Shown in pieces: positions 1-10,042 of a stretch of 64,000 nucleotides of DNA; position 1 is the first letter of the stretch, and the number at the start of each line of letters is the position of its first letter. Made by a program: the position numbers and the translations under genes. The notes below the pieces were generated by a model, which made no database searches, was not told where the DNA came from, and saw only the letters and a program-made list of their open reading frames with translations. The DNA lies in the NCBI GenBank assembly GCA_035651575.1, contig DASRFM010000034.1, positions 34,932-98,931 on the forward strand, given 5' to 3'. Source of the DNA: Burkholderiales bacterium (GTDB lineage: Bacteria > Pseudomonadota > Gammaproteobacteria > Burkholderiales > SG8-39).

Positions 1-841
1 CGGCCTCGAACTGCTTGCGCGCCTCTGCAAAGCGCTTGTCGAGCACGAGCGCGCGCGCATAGTTCAGCCGCGCCTCGCGCGCATTGGGATACTTGTCGAC
101 GAACTCGCCGAGCGACTGCGCCGCCTCGGCGGCGGAGCGCTTCTGCAGCACCTGCGCCTTGAGGATGGCAGCGCTCTCCCAGTCGGGGCGGAGGGCCTGC
201 GCCTCGCCGACCTCGCCGAGGGCGAGCGCGTCCTCGCCGGCGGCGAGCGCCGCCTGCGCCGTGGCGACGTGCGCCTGGGCGAGCTCGGGGTGCTTCGCCG
301 CGAGCTGGCGCACCACGCGCAGGTTGGCCGCCTTGTCCGGATTGCCCGAGAGCAGGCGGTTGAGCTGCAGGTAGCCGTTCTCGAGGTTGACGCCGTCGGC
401 GGCGAGCAGCTTCTCGAGGTAAGGCTCGGCGTCGTCGATGCGCTTCGCGCTGATGAGCAGCGCGGCGATGATCTGCAGCGGCTGCGGCGAAGTCGGCTCG
501 ATCTCGGCCCAGAGCTTCGCCGACTCGAGGGCGAGCTCGGGCTGGCGCGCATAGTTCGCCACTTCGATCGCGCGGCGCACGATGCGCGGATCGCGCGTCG
601 TGCGCGCGAGCTCGGCGTAGGTGCGCGCGGCGAGCGGGGCATCGCCGCGCTGCAGCGCGATCTCGCCCACGAGCAGCTCGTAGAGCGTCGCTTCGTCGAG
701 CCCGGAGTCGGCGTTTTGCGCGGGGTCGGCGTTTTGCGCGGAGTCGCTGTCTTGCGCAGAAGCGAAGGGTGCGGCGAGCGCAAGCGTCGCGGCGATCAGG
801 ACCGAGCGGAGCAGCAAGGGGAGGACCGGCCTTTTGGACAT
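1..841 (-). CDS. TPR-repeat protein with signal peptide (3' end runs off the window)
   Basis: Absent from the ORF track because no stop lies in the window. My minus-strand translation from ATG 841..839 gives MSKRPVLPLLLRSVLIAATLALAAPFASAQDSDSAQNADPAQNADS..LYELLVGEIALQRGDAPLAARTYAELA.., i.e. Ala/Leu-rich helical repeats. The listed ORFs 64..783(-) and 269..910(+) are off-frame or antisense. Confidence 0.6.
   Translation of the reverse strand, partial: MSKRPVLPLLLRSVLIAATLALAAPFASAQDSDSAQNADPAQNADSGLDEATLYELLVGEIALQRGDAPLAARTYAELARTTRDPRIVRRAIEVANYARQPELALESAKLWAEIEPTSPQPLQIIAALLISAKRIDDAEPYLEKLLAADGVNLENGYLQLNRLLSGNPDKAANLRVVRQLAAKHPELAQAHVATAQAALAAGEDALALGEVGEAQALRPDWESAAILKAQVLQKRSAAEAAQSLGEFVDKYPNAREARLNYARALVLDKRFAEARKQFEA
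705..758. repeat. 18-bp tandem repeat x3 (third copy degenerate) inside the TPR gene
   Basis: The three copies are gagtcggcgttttgcgcg, gggtcggcgttttgcgcg and gagtcgctgtcttgcgca. They encode AQDSDS/AQNADP/AQNADS just after the signal peptide. Confidence 0.8.
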
Positions 842-911
842 CTAGCTTCGACCGATCTTAGGTATATTTGGTGCCCCGCACAAGCATTCGCCTTCCCGAC
901 GCGGACCTGAC

Positions 912-1724
912 ATGCCGGAGCTCCCTGAAGTCGAGGTCACCCGCCTCGGCCTCGCGCCGCACATCGCCGGGCGCGTGATCTCCGCCGTTGAAGTGCGCGA
1001 CGCGCGCTTGCGCTGGCCGATCCCGCCGGCGGTGCGCGCGCTTGCCGGCCGCACCGTGCGGGCGGTGCGCCGGCGCGGCAAATATCTGCTCGTCGACTGC
1101 GGCGACGGCCACCTCATCCTGCACCTCGGCATGTCGGGCAGCCTGCGCGTGCTGCCGCCGGGTACGCCGCCCGCGAAGCACGACCACTTCGACCTCGTGC
1201 TGGGCGATCGCCTCCTGCGCCTGCGCGATCCGCGCCGCTTCGGCGCCGTGCTGTGGACGACCGAGGACGTGGCGGCGCATCCCTTGCTCGCGCATCTCGG
1301 CGTCGAGCCGCTGTCCCGCGCGCTCGATGCGGCGCGGCTGCACGCGCTCACGCGCGGGCACCGCACTTCCATCAAGCAGTTCCTCATGGACGGACGGCGC
1401 ATCGTCGGCGTCGGCAACATCTATGCGAGCGAGAGCCTGTTCCGCGCCCGCATCGACCCGCGCACGCCCGCCCGGCGCCTGACGCTCGAGCGCTGCGCGC
1501 TGCTCTCGCGTGCCATCAAGGAGACGCTGCGCGCGGCAATCCGCGCCGGCGGCTCGACGCTGCGCGACTTCGTGGGCGCCGACGGCAGCCGCGGCTATTT
1601 CCAGACGCGCCAGTGGGTGTACGACCGGGAAGGCAAGCCCTGCCGGCGCTGCCGCACGCCGATCCGGCGCCTCGTGCAGGGGCAGCGCGCGAGCTTCTTC
1701 TGCGCGCGCTGCCAGCGGCGCTAG
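912..1724 (+). CDS. mutM: Formamidopyrimidine-DNA glycosylase
   Basis: N-terminus is MPELPEVE (Fpg/Nei catalytic Pro2-Glu3). C-terminal zinc finger is CRRCRTPI..FFCARCQ. 270 aa. Confidence 0.95.
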   Translation: MPELPEVEVTRLGLAPHIAGRVISAVEVRDARLRWPIPPAVRALAGRTVRAVRRRGKYLLVDCGDGHLILHLGMSGSLRVLPPGTPPAKHDHFDLVLGDRLLRLRDPRRFGAVLWTTEDVAAHPLLAHLGVEPLSRALDAARLHALTRGHRTSIKQFLMDGRRIVGVGNIYASESLFRARIDPRTPARRLTLERCALLSRAIKETLRAAIRAGGSTLRDFVGADGSRGYFQTRQWVYDREGKPCRRCRTPIRRLVQGQRASFFCARCQRR

Positions 1725-1730
1725 CGGGCG

Positions 1731-2773
<1,043 letters not shown>

Positions 2774-2779
2774 GCATCC

Positions 2780-3685
2780 ATGGTAGCAGCGCTTTCCTGG
2801 GCCGCGCGCCTCAAGGCCGGACTGGCGCGCACGCGGGAAGTGCTCAACACTCCCGTCTCGGAGCTCTTCACTCGGCGCACCGTCGACGAGGCGCTCTACG
2901 AGGAGCTCGAGACGGCGCTCCTGCAGGCCGATTGCGGCGTGCCCGCCACGCAGGCGCTGCTCGCGGCGCTGCGCAAGCAGAAGATCGCCGACGGCGAGGC
3001 GCTGAAGCGCGCGCTCAAGCAGGCGCTCACCGAGCTCCTCCTGCCGCTCGAGAAAAGCTGGGATGTGAGCCGCGCCAAGCCCTTCGTCGTCATGATCGCC
3101 GGCGTGAACGGCTCGGGCAAGACGACCTCCATCGGCAAGATCGCGAAGTGGCTGCAGGGACAGGGCAAGAGCCTGCTCCTCGCCGCGGGCGACACCTTCC
3201 GCGCCGCCGCGCGCGAGCAGCTCGTCGCCTGGGGCGAGCGCAACGGCGTCGGCGTGATCGCGCAGCAATCGGGCGACGCGGGCGCGGTGGTGTTCGATGC
3301 GCTCGCCGCGGCGCGCGCGCGCGGCATCGATGTCGTGCTCGCCGACACGGCGGGGCGGCTGCCGACGCAGCTGCACCTCATGGAGGAGATCCGCAAGGTG
3401 AAGCGCGTCGCCGGCAAGGCGATCGAGGGCGCGCCGCACGAGATCGTGCTGGTGCTCGACGGCAGCACCGGGCAGAACGCGCTCGCGCAGGTGAAGGCGT
3501 TCGACGACGCGCTCGGCCTGACCGGCCTCGTGGTCACGAAGCTCGACGGCACCGCGAAGGGCGGCGTGGTTTGCGCCATCGCGCGCGAGCGTCCCGTGCC
3601 GCTCCTGTTCGTCGGCGTCGGCGAAGGCATCGACGATCTGCGCCCCTTCGTCGCGCGCGAGTTCGCCGAGGCGCTGATTGGTTAG
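2780..3685 (+). CDS. ftsY: Signal recognition particle receptor FtsY (NG domain only, no acidic A domain)
   Basis: In-frame ATG at 2780 within ORF 2261..3685. GTPase motifs GVNGSGKTTSIGK, DTAGR and TKLDGTAKGG. The upstream part of the ORF is Arg-rich antisense of rsmD. Confidence 0.93.
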   Translation: MVAALSWAARLKAGLARTREVLNTPVSELFTRRTVDEALYEELETALLQADCGVPATQALLAALRKQKIADGEALKRALKQALTELLLPLEKSWDVSRAKPFVVMIAGVNGSGKTTSIGKIAKWLQGQGKSLLLAAGDTFRAAAREQLVAWGERNGVGVIAQQSGDAGAVVFDALAAARARGIDVVLADTAGRLPTQLHLMEEIRKVKRVAGKAIEGAPHEIVLVLDGSTGQNALAQVKAFDDALGLTGLVVTKLDGTAKGGVVCAIARERPVPLLFVGVGEGIDDLRPFVAREFAEALIG

Positions 3686-4328
3686 CTTCTCCGCCGTCGC
3701 CAAGCGCTACCCGGGCGGCCACGAGGCGCTGCGCGACGTGAGCTTCTCGCTCCAGGCGGGCGAGTTCGCGTTCCTGATCGGCCGCTCCGGCGCCGGCAAG
3801 TCGACCCTCCTCAAGCTCATTTCCGCGATCGAGCGCCCGAGCGCGGGCTCGGTGCTCGTGAACGGGCAGAACGTGGGTGCGCTCAAGCGCTCGGCGATCC
3901 CCTACCTGCGCCGCAGCATCGGCCTCGTGTTCCAGGACCAGAAGCTGCTCTACGACCGCAGCGTCTACGACAACGTCATGCTGCCGCTCGGCTTCTCGGG
4001 CTATGCGCCGCGCGAGGCGGCGCGCCGCGCGCGCGCCGCGCTCGACAAGGTGGGCCTGCTCGCGCGCGAGCGCTCCAACCCCGTGCAGCTCTCCGGCGGC
4101 GAGCAGCAGCGCCTCGCGATCGCGCGCGCGGTGGTGAACCGCCCGGCGCTGCTCATCGCCGACGAGCCGACGGCGAACCTCGACCGCGAGGCGGCCGAGC
4201 GCATCCTCGAGATTTTCCTTTCCTTCCAGCAGGTCGGCGTCACGGTGCTCATCGCGACGCATGACCTGGAGCTGGTCGAGCGCTATGGCAAGCGGGTGCT
4301 GCGGCTCGAAGCGGGGCGCATCGCATGA
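3678..4328 (+). CDS. ftsE: Cell division ABC ATPase FtsE
   Basis: Walker A GRSGAGKST, signature LSGGEQQR, Walker B LLIADEPT. TTG start overlaps the ftsY end. Confidence 0.93.
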   Translation: MVSFSAVAKRYPGGHEALRDVSFSLQAGEFAFLIGRSGAGKSTLLKLISAIERPSAGSVLVNGQNVGALKRSAIPYLRRSIGLVFQDQKLLYDRSVYDNVMLPLGFSGYAPREAARRARAALDKVGLLARERSNPVQLSGGEQQRLAIARAVVNRPALLIADEPTANLDREAAERILEIFLSFQQVGVTVLIATHDLELVERYGKRVLRLEAGRIA

Positions 4329-5224
4329 ACGCGTGGCTGCGCCAGCACCGGGACGCGCTGCGCGATGCGCTCGCGCGCCTGCCGCGCACCGGCGGCCTTC
4401 TCAGCATCGTGGTCATCGGCGTCGCGCTCGCGCTCCCCGCGGGCGGCTACGTTGCGCTGGAGAGCTTGCGCAGCCTGGGCGCGCGCATGACGCTCGAGCC
4501 GCAGCTCTCGGTCTTCCTCAGGCCCGAGGCAAAAAGAGCCGAGGCCGAGGCGCTCGGAGTGACGCTGCGCGCCGACGCGCGCATTGCGCGCGTGCGGTTC
4601 GTGCCGCGCGAGCAGGCTTTCAGGGAGCTCAGCGCGGTGCAGGGCATGTCCGAGATCCTCGGCGCGCTCGGCCGCAATCCGCTGCCCGACGCCTACGTCG
4701 TGCAGCCGAAGGACGATGCGCCGGCCGCGCTGGAGGCGCTCGCGCGCGACCTCGCCCGGGGCGCGGCCGTCGCTCACGTGGAGGCCGACTCGGCGTGGGC
4801 GCGCCGCCTCGGCGCGATTGCCGCGCTCGTGCGCACCGCGCTGTGGCTCCTCGCGGCGCTCCTCGCGGCGGGGCTCGTGGCGGTCACCTTCAACACCATC
4901 CGCCTGCAGATCCTCACGCGCCGCGACGAGATCGAGCTCGCGCGCCTCATCGGCGCCACCGACAGCTTCATCCGCCGGCCGTTCTATTACCTGGGCCTCC
5001 TCCAGGGGCTGGCGGGCGGCGTGCTCGCCCTCGGCATCGTCGCCGCCGGGCTCGCGCTCCTGAACCGCCAGGTGGCGGCGCTGTCCGAGTCGTACGGATC
5101 GGCGTTCCGCCTCGGTTTTCCGGGGGCGGGCGACGCTGTGGCGCTCCTCGCCTTCGCCGCGGTGCTGGGCTGGCTTGGCGCCTCGCTCTCCGTGACCCAG
5201 CAACTGCGGCGCATGGGTACGTAA
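4325..5224 (+). CDS. ftsX: Cell division permease-like protein FtsX
   Basis: ATGA overlap with the ftsE stop. FtsX-type topology with a C-terminal 3-TM bundle. Conserved ftsYEX order. Confidence 0.9.
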   Translation: MNAWLRQHRDALRDALARLPRTGGLLSIVVIGVALALPAGGYVALESLRSLGARMTLEPQLSVFLRPEAKRAEAEALGVTLRADARIARVRFVPREQAFRELSAVQGMSEILGALGRNPLPDAYVVQPKDDAPAALEALARDLARGAAVAHVEADSAWARRLGAIAALVRTALWLLAALLAAGLVAVTFNTIRLQILTRRDEIELARLIGATDSFIRRPFYYLGLLQGLAGGVLALGIVAAGLALLNRQVAALSESYGSAFRLGFPGAGDAVALLAFAAVLGWLGASLSVTQQLRRMGT

Positions 5225-5229
5225 GCTAG

Positions 5230-5258
5230 TGAACACTTCCGTTTAAAGTCAGTGTTCA
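5230..5258 (+). other. Hairpin: TGAACACT-N13-AGTGTTCA, just after the ftsX stop
   Basis: Perfect 8-bp inverted repeat read directly from the sequence. No U-tract follows it. Confidence 0.5.
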
Positions 5259-5272
5259 TAAGGAACTACGCC

Positions 5273-5310
5273 GCCATTTAGCACTCTAATGTCGAGAGTG
5301 CTAAAATGGC
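5273..5310 (+). promoter_or_regulatory. Long inverted repeat (about 15 bp arms, one bulge) upstream of rpoH, embedding TTAGCA-N18-TAAAAT
   Basis: Arms are GCCATTTAGCACTCT and AGAGTGCTAAAATGGC, with loop aatgtcg between them. The arms contain a sigma70-like -35 (5278..5283) and -10 (5302..5307). An AAGGAGG Shine-Dalgarno follows, before ATG 5335. Confidence 0.4.
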
Positions 5311-5334
5311 ACCCTGCAAAGGAGGCATGTCCTA

Positions 5335-6246
5335 ATGCAAGCAACGATGGTTCTCCCCGGCGCGGCCCCGGTGCCGATGCCCACGGGAAGTATCGAGGCT
5401 TATATCCAGACGGTGAACCGCTTCCCGATCCTGAGCGCGGAGGAAGAGCGCGCGCTCGCGAGGCGCTTTCGCGCCGACAACGACCTCGACGCGGCGCGCC
5501 AACTCGTGCTGTCGCACCTGCGGCTCGTGGTCGCCACCGCGCGCGGCTATCTCGGCTACGGCCTGCCGCACGCCGACCTCATCCAGGAAGGCAACATCGG
5601 CCTGATGAAGGCGGTGAAGCGCTTCGACCCGGACCGCGGCGTGCGCCTCGTGTCCTTCGCGATCCACTGGATCAAGGCGGAGATCCACGAGTACATCCTG
5701 CGCAACTGGCGCCTGGTCAAGGTGGCCACCACCAAGGCGCAAAGGAAGCTGTTCTTCAACCTGCGCTCGATGAAGAAAGGCCTCGGTCCGATGACGCTCG
5801 AGGATGTCGGCCGCGTCGCGGGCGAGCTGCGCGTCAAGCCCGAGGAAGTCGTCGAGATGGAGACTCGCCTTGCGGGCCGCGAGATCGCGTTCGAGGCCGA
5901 TGACGAGGAAGACAGCGGCTTCGCGCCGGCGAGCTACCTTGCCGACAGCGAGGCGGAGCCCTTCAGCGTGCTCGAGGCGAAGCAGTCCGAGCGCGCTCGG
6001 GCCGAGGGTCTCACCAGCGCGCTCGCCGCGCTCGATGCGCGCAGCCGCCGCATCATCCAGGCGCGCTGGCTGCGCGAGAAGGACGCGGCCACGCTGCACG
6101 AGCTCGCCGCCGAGTTCAAGGTCTCGGCGGAGCGCATCCGCCAGATCGAGGCGAAGGCGCTCGAGAAGATGCGCAAGGTGCTCGACGATCCGGCGGCGCT
6201 GCGCGCGCTGCCGGCGCCCGCCTCGCAGCCCGCCGCTCCCCGCTAG
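5335..6246 (+). CDS. rpoH: RNA polymerase sigma-32 (heat-shock sigma factor)
   Basis: RpoH box QRKLFFNLR. Sigma70 region 2 reads DLIQEGNIGLMKAVKRFD. Downstream of ftsYEX as in many proteobacteria. Confidence 0.95.
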   Translation: MQATMVLPGAAPVPMPTGSIEAYIQTVNRFPILSAEEERALARRFRADNDLDAARQLVLSHLRLVVATARGYLGYGLPHADLIQEGNIGLMKAVKRFDPDRGVRLVSFAIHWIKAEIHEYILRNWRLVKVATTKAQRKLFFNLRSMKKGLGPMTLEDVGRVAGELRVKPEEVVEMETRLAGREIAFEADDEEDSGFAPASYLADSEAEPFSVLEAKQSERARAEGLTSALAALDARSRRIIQARWLREKDAATLHELAAEFKVSAERIRQIEAKALEKMRKVLDDPAALRALPAPASQPAAPR

Positions 6247-6809
6247 GACCCGCCGAGCAGCGTCCGCAGGTCCGCCGGCAGGTCCTCGGCCAGCCGCTCC
6301 GGCCGCACGAGCAGGCGCAGCCGGCCCTGCGGGTCGAGCACGTAGGTCTGCGAGCTGTGGTCCACCGTGCCGTTCGAGCCCTTCTCGTAGAAGATCTTGA
6401 ACTCCTTCGCCGCGCGGCGCGTGGCGTCGGCGTCCCCATAGAGGCCGAGGAAGCGCGGGTCGAAAGCGGTGACGTATTTCCCGAGCACCTCCGGCGTGTC
6501 GCGCTCCGGGTCCACGGTCACGAACAGCACCTGCACCTTGTCGGCCTCGGGCCCGAGCGCCTTCATTGCCTGCGCCGTCTGCGCGAGCGTCGTCGGGCAC
6601 ACGTCCGGGCAATGCGTATAGCCGAAGAACAGCACCACCGCCTTGCCGCGAAAGTCCTCGAGGTGGCGCGGCCGGCCGGCCGCGTCGGTCAGGTCGAGCC
6701 TGCGGCCGTAGTCAGCGCCGGTGATGTCCGTGCTGCGGAACTTCGTCTCGGGCGAGCACGCCGCGAAGGCGAGGAGAAGGAGCGCTGCCGCGCTAGAGCG
6801 CCAGGTAAT
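6243..6809 (-). CDS. SCO1/SenC copper chaperone (lipoprotein); start codon uncertain and non-canonical
   Basis: The track ORF 6243..6638 begins inside the domain at GKAV|[14 protein letters not shown] (the CxxxC motif). The open frame continues upstream as [40 protein letters not shown].., a lipobox signal peptide. There is no ATG/GTG/TTG in that stretch. ATT 6809 and ATC 6812 are the candidate starts. Confidence 0.7.
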   Translation of the reverse strand: MTWRSSAAALLLLAFAACSPETKFRSTDITGADYGRRLDLTDAAGRPRHLEDFRGKAVVLFFGYTHCPDVCPTTLAQTAQAMKALGPEADKVQVLFVTVDPERDTPEVLGKYVTAFDPRFLGLYGDADATRRAAKEFKIFYEKGSNGTVDHSSQTYVLDPQGRLRLLVRPERLAEDLPADLRTLLGGS

Positions 6810-7686
6810 GATCGACGAGCAGTGCCGCGAACAAGGCGGCGAGATAGACGATGGAATAGCGGAAGGCGCGGCGCGCCACCGGGTCGCTGTAGGCGACGTA
6901 GATGCGCACCGCGTGGACGAGGTAGATGCCGCCCAGCACGAGGGCCGCGGCCAGGTAGACGATTCCGCTCATGCGGATCACGTAGGGCAGGAGGCTCGCG
7001 CCGAAGAGGATCAGCGTGTAGAGCAGCACCTGCAGCCGCGTGTAGCGCGCGCCGTGCGTCACCGGCAGCATCGGCACGCCGGCCCTGGAGTAGTCGTCGG
7101 TGCGATAGAGCGCCAGCGACCAGAAGTGCGGCGGCGTCCAGGCGAAGATGATGAGAAAGAGCAGCATCGCCTCGGTAGGCACCGTGCCGGTCGCGGCGGC
7201 CCAGCCGAGCACCGGCGGCATGGCGCCGGAGGCGCCGCCGATGACGATGTTCTGGGGCGTCGCGGGCTTCAGCACCACTGTATAGACCACCGCATAGCCC
7301 ACGAAAGTCCCGAGCGTCAGCCACATCGTCAACGCGTTCACGAAGTGGTAGAGGAGGCCCAGCCCGAGCCCGCCCAGGACGCCGGCGAACATGAGCGTCT
7401 CCCAGCTGGTGAGCTCGCCGCGCGGCAGCGGCCGCCAGCTCGTGCGCCGCATCACGGCGTCGATTTTCTGCTCGACGAGGCAATTCACCGCGGCGGCGGC
7501 GCCGGCGACGAGCGCGATTCCGAGCGTGCCTGCCCACAGCGTCTGGAAGGGCACCGCGCCGGGCACCGCGAGGAACATGCCGATCACGGCAGTGAACACG
7601 ATGAGCGACACCACCCGCGGCTTGGTGAGCGCGAGGAAGGCGCCGAGCCGGCGCGTGAGCCCATCGGGAACGGCGTGGCTGATCAA
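6793..7686 (-). CDS. ctaB: Protoheme IX farnesyltransferase (heme O synthase)
   Basis: 3' part of ORF 6793..8451. TTG start at 7686 overlaps the ctaA stop (TTGA). UbiA-family polytopic sequence ..[27 protein letters not shown].. Confidence 0.9.
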   Translation of the reverse strand: MISHAVPDGLTRRLGAFLALTKPRVVSLIVFTAVIGMFLAVPGAVPFQTLWAGTLGIALVAGAAAAVNCLVEQKIDAVMRRTSWRPLPRGELTSWETLMFAGVLGGLGLGLLYHFVNALTMWLTLGTFVGYAVVYTVVLKPATPQNIVIGGASGAMPPVLGWAAATGTVPTEAMLLFLIIFAWTPPHFWSLALYRTDDYSRAGVPMLPVTHGARYTRLQVLLYTLILFGASLLPYVIRMSGIVYLAAALVLGGIYLVHAVRIYVAYSDPVARRAFRYSIVYLAALFAALLVDHYLAL

Positions 7687-8627
7687 CGGAAGGGACGTAA
7701 GCCGCGGAAAGAGAAAAAGTTTAGCACGACGAGGGAGGCGAGCAGAAGCGCGGCGCCGGCGTTGTGCGCGTCCGCGAGCGGCAGCGGCAGGCTGAAGGCG
7801 ACGTTCAGCACGCCGAGCAGGAACTGCAGCGCGACCAGTGCTGCTACAGCAAGCGCGGGAATCCTTAAGCCTTCGAGCCGATACGCGCGCGCCGCTGTGG
7901 CGAGCGCGACGCAGAGGACGGCAAGCGCGAAGACGCGGTGCGTCCAGTGGATCGCGGTGAGCGCTTCGTTCGAAAGCAGCGCGCCCTCCGCAGTGCGGCC
8001 GAGCTCGCGCACGACGTGGAACGCGCTGCCGAAATCCATCGCCGGCAGCAGCGCGCCGCGGCAGCCGGGCAGGTCGGGGCACGCAAGTCCCGCATAGTTC
8101 GCGCTCACCCAGCCGCCGAGCGCGATCTGCACCGCGAGCAGCAGGAGCGAGGCGAGCGCGGCAGGGCGCGCGGCGCGCGCCCGCGGCGCCGGCGCGTAGC
8201 TCCCCTGGCGCAGGCAAAGCAGGACGAGCAGCGCGAAGATCGCCATGCCGCCGAGAAGATGCGAGGTCACGACGGCCGGCCGCAGCAGCATCGTCACGGT
8301 CCATTTGCCGAGCGTTGCCTGCAGGACGACGAGCGCGAGCAGCAGGAGCGTGAGCCCGCGGTCGCGGCGCAAGCGCCATGCCCAGCCCGCGAGCGCGCAG
8401 AGCAGGAGCCCGAGCGTGCCCGCGATGTAACGGTGGCCCATTTCCTTCCACGCCTTGGCGTGCGCAGCGGCATCGCTGACCGGCTCGGGAACCGGGTGCC
8501 CGTAGCAGAGCGGCCAGTCCGGGCAGCCGAGCCCGGCATCCGAAAGCCGCACGTACGCGCCGACCACCACCACGGCGAAGGCGAGCAGCGTGGCGACAAG
8601 GACCAGCAGGCGATAGCCGCGCGTCAT
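7683..8627 (-). CDS. ctaA: Heme A synthase (COX15/CtaA)
   Basis: Sequence includes [19 protein letters not shown].. and 8 predicted TM helices with conserved His. Lies in the cox biogenesis cluster. Confidence 0.9.
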   Translation of the reverse strand: MTRGYRLLVLVATLLAFAVVVVGAYVRLSDAGLGCPDWPLCYGHPVPEPVSDAAAHAKAWKEMGHRYIAGTLGLLLCALAGWAWRLRRDRGLTLLLLALVVLQATLGKWTVTMLLRPAVVTSHLLGGMAIFALLVLLCLRQGSYAPAPRARAARPAALASLLLLAVQIALGGWVSANYAGLACPDLPGCRGALLPAMDFGSAFHVVRELGRTAEGALLSNEALTAIHWTHRVFALAVLCVALATAARAYRLEGLRIPALAVAALVALQFLLGVLNVAFSLPLPLADAHNAGAALLLASLVVLNFFSFRGLRPFR

Positions 8628-9145
8628 CCGAACCTGGAGTACTTCAGCAGGCGCTGCACGTCTTTCAGCATCTTCGACGGGTCCGGATCCCTCGGGAAGC
8701 GCAGCATCAGGTTGCCGAGCGGGTCCACGAGGTAGATGTGCGCCGCGTGCTCGCCGGGGAAGAGCCGCGCCGAGGCCTCCTCGGCGCGCTCGATGCGCGT
8801 GCCCTCGACGGCGGCGAGAATCTCCGCGCGCGGCCGGCCGGCGTCGGTCAGCAGCCAGAGCCGCTCGACCCGCTGCTCATCCTTGCCCTGGGCTTTGCGC
8901 ACCTGCCGCATGTAATAGAGCTTTCTTTCGCAGCGGGCGTCGCAGGCCGCGGCGTCGAAGCTCACCAGCACCCACTTGCCGCGCAGTGCGTCGAAGGGCG
9001 GCATCGCCAGAGGCTGCGGCGGGATGAGCTCGCCGTAGTTTCCGCCCGCGTCCGGTGCCCAGCGAAAGACATAGGCGAGCGTGCCGAGCACGATCGGCGC
9101 CGCGCAGACGAGAAGGATCGCGAGGAGCTTAGCGCGCTTGGACAC
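8624..9145 (-). CDS. Membrane-anchored SCO/thioredoxin-like protein of the cox cluster
   Basis: 3' part of ORF 8624..9367, with in-frame GTG at 9145. One N-terminal TM ([21 protein letters not shown]), then ..[20 protein letters not shown].. (CxxxC). Confidence 0.55.
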   Translation of the reverse strand: MSKRAKLLAILLVCAAPIVLGTLAYVFRWAPDAGGNYGELIPPQPLAMPPFDALRGKWVLVSFDAAACDARCERKLYYMRQVRKAQGKDEQRVERLWLLTDAGRPRAEILAAVEGTRIERAEEASARLFPGEHAAHIYLVDPLGNLMLRFPRDPDPSKMLKDVQRLLKYSRFG

Positions 9146-9836
9146 GCTTGAATGAGAACACCACGGCGAGCAGCACGGCGAGCACCGCGAGCGAATACCA
9201 TTGCAGCGCATAGGCGCGGTGCATGTCGACGCCGAAATCGGGGCGCGGCCGCTCGCGCAGCAGGCCGTCGGCCGGGCCGGAAAGCTGCTCCAGGACAAGC
9301 GGCGCGAGCTCGAGGCGGGACTCGGCGGCGAACGCGGCGAGGTCCAGGTTCTGGCGCACCCTGCCATGCTCCGCGGCGCCGGTCGAGAGTGCGTGCGGCA
9401 GGCGCTCCACGGCGAGCCCTTCGATGCGCACTTCGCCGGCGGGCGTGGCGAATTCCGGCAGCCGCGCGCGCGAAGCGCCCGCCGCGACCCAGCCGCGCTC
9501 GACGAGGACGTTTCCCGGTCCGGCCGAGAGCTTGAGCGGCGTCACGACCTCGTAGCCTGCGCGCCCGTTCAGGATGCGGTTGTCGAGCAGAACGGTGTGC
9601 GCCGCATCGAACGTGCCGCGCGCGGCGACCCGCCGGCCGAGGGCGTCCTCCTTGCGCACCGGCCACGCGAGCTCGAGCGCCGGCGAACGCAGCGCCTGTT
9701 CGTAGCGCGCGCCCGCCGCGCGCTTCTGCTCCGCGCGGCCGCTCTGCCAGTTGCCGAGCGCAATGCCGCCGGCGCACGCCGCGGCGGCGAGCAGCCAGGG
9801 CCAGGCGCGCGGACGGAAAGAGTATCCTCGTGGCAT
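9129..9836 (-). CDS. SURF1 cytochrome oxidase assembly protein
   Basis: N-terminal WLLAAAACAGGIALGNWQSGRAEQK and C-terminal YALQWYSLA are typical of SURF1/Shy1. Confidence 0.9.
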   Translation of the reverse strand: MPRGYSFRPRAWPWLLAAAACAGGIALGNWQSGRAEQKRAAGARYEQALRSPALELAWPVRKEDALGRRVAARGTFDAAHTVLLDNRILNGRAGYEVVTPLKLSAGPGNVLVERGWVAAGASRARLPEFATPAGEVRIEGLAVERLPHALSTGAAEHGRVRQNLDLAAFAAESRLELAPLVLEQLSGPADGLLRERPRPDFGVDMHRAYALQWYSLAVLAVLLAVVFSFKRVQAR

Positions 9837-10029
9837 GCGCTATGTCGTCATCGCGGTGCTGGTCGCCATCGTGGCGAGCCTCGGCTCCGCGCTCGTCTTC
9901 ATGTACCGGGATCGCGGCAACTCCAAGCGCATGGTGAAGGCGCTGGCGCTGCGCGTCGGCCTCTCGGTCGGCCTGTTCCTCGCGCTGATGGCGGCCTATT
10001 ACTTCGGCCTGATCCGGGACCGGCTCTGA
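9835..10029 (+). CDS. Twin transmembrane helix small protein (DUF2909-like)
   Basis: In-frame ATG 9835 within ORF 9751..10029. Sequence MRYVVIAVLVAIVASLGSALVFMYRDRGNSKRMVKALALRVGLSVGLFLALMAAYYFGLI, 64 aa, 2 TM. Confidence 0.7.
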   Translation: MRYVVIAVLVAIVASLGSALVFMYRDRGNSKRMVKALALRVGLSVGLFLALMAAYYFGLIRDRL

Positions 10030-10042
10030 CGGAGCGGCTTGC

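Noticed and set aside
64-910. ORFs 64..783(-) and 269..910(+)
   Set aside because: A third frame on the minus strand gives a clean signal peptide plus TPR-like protein that runs off the window. The listed ORFs are Arg/Ser/Pro-rich shadows.
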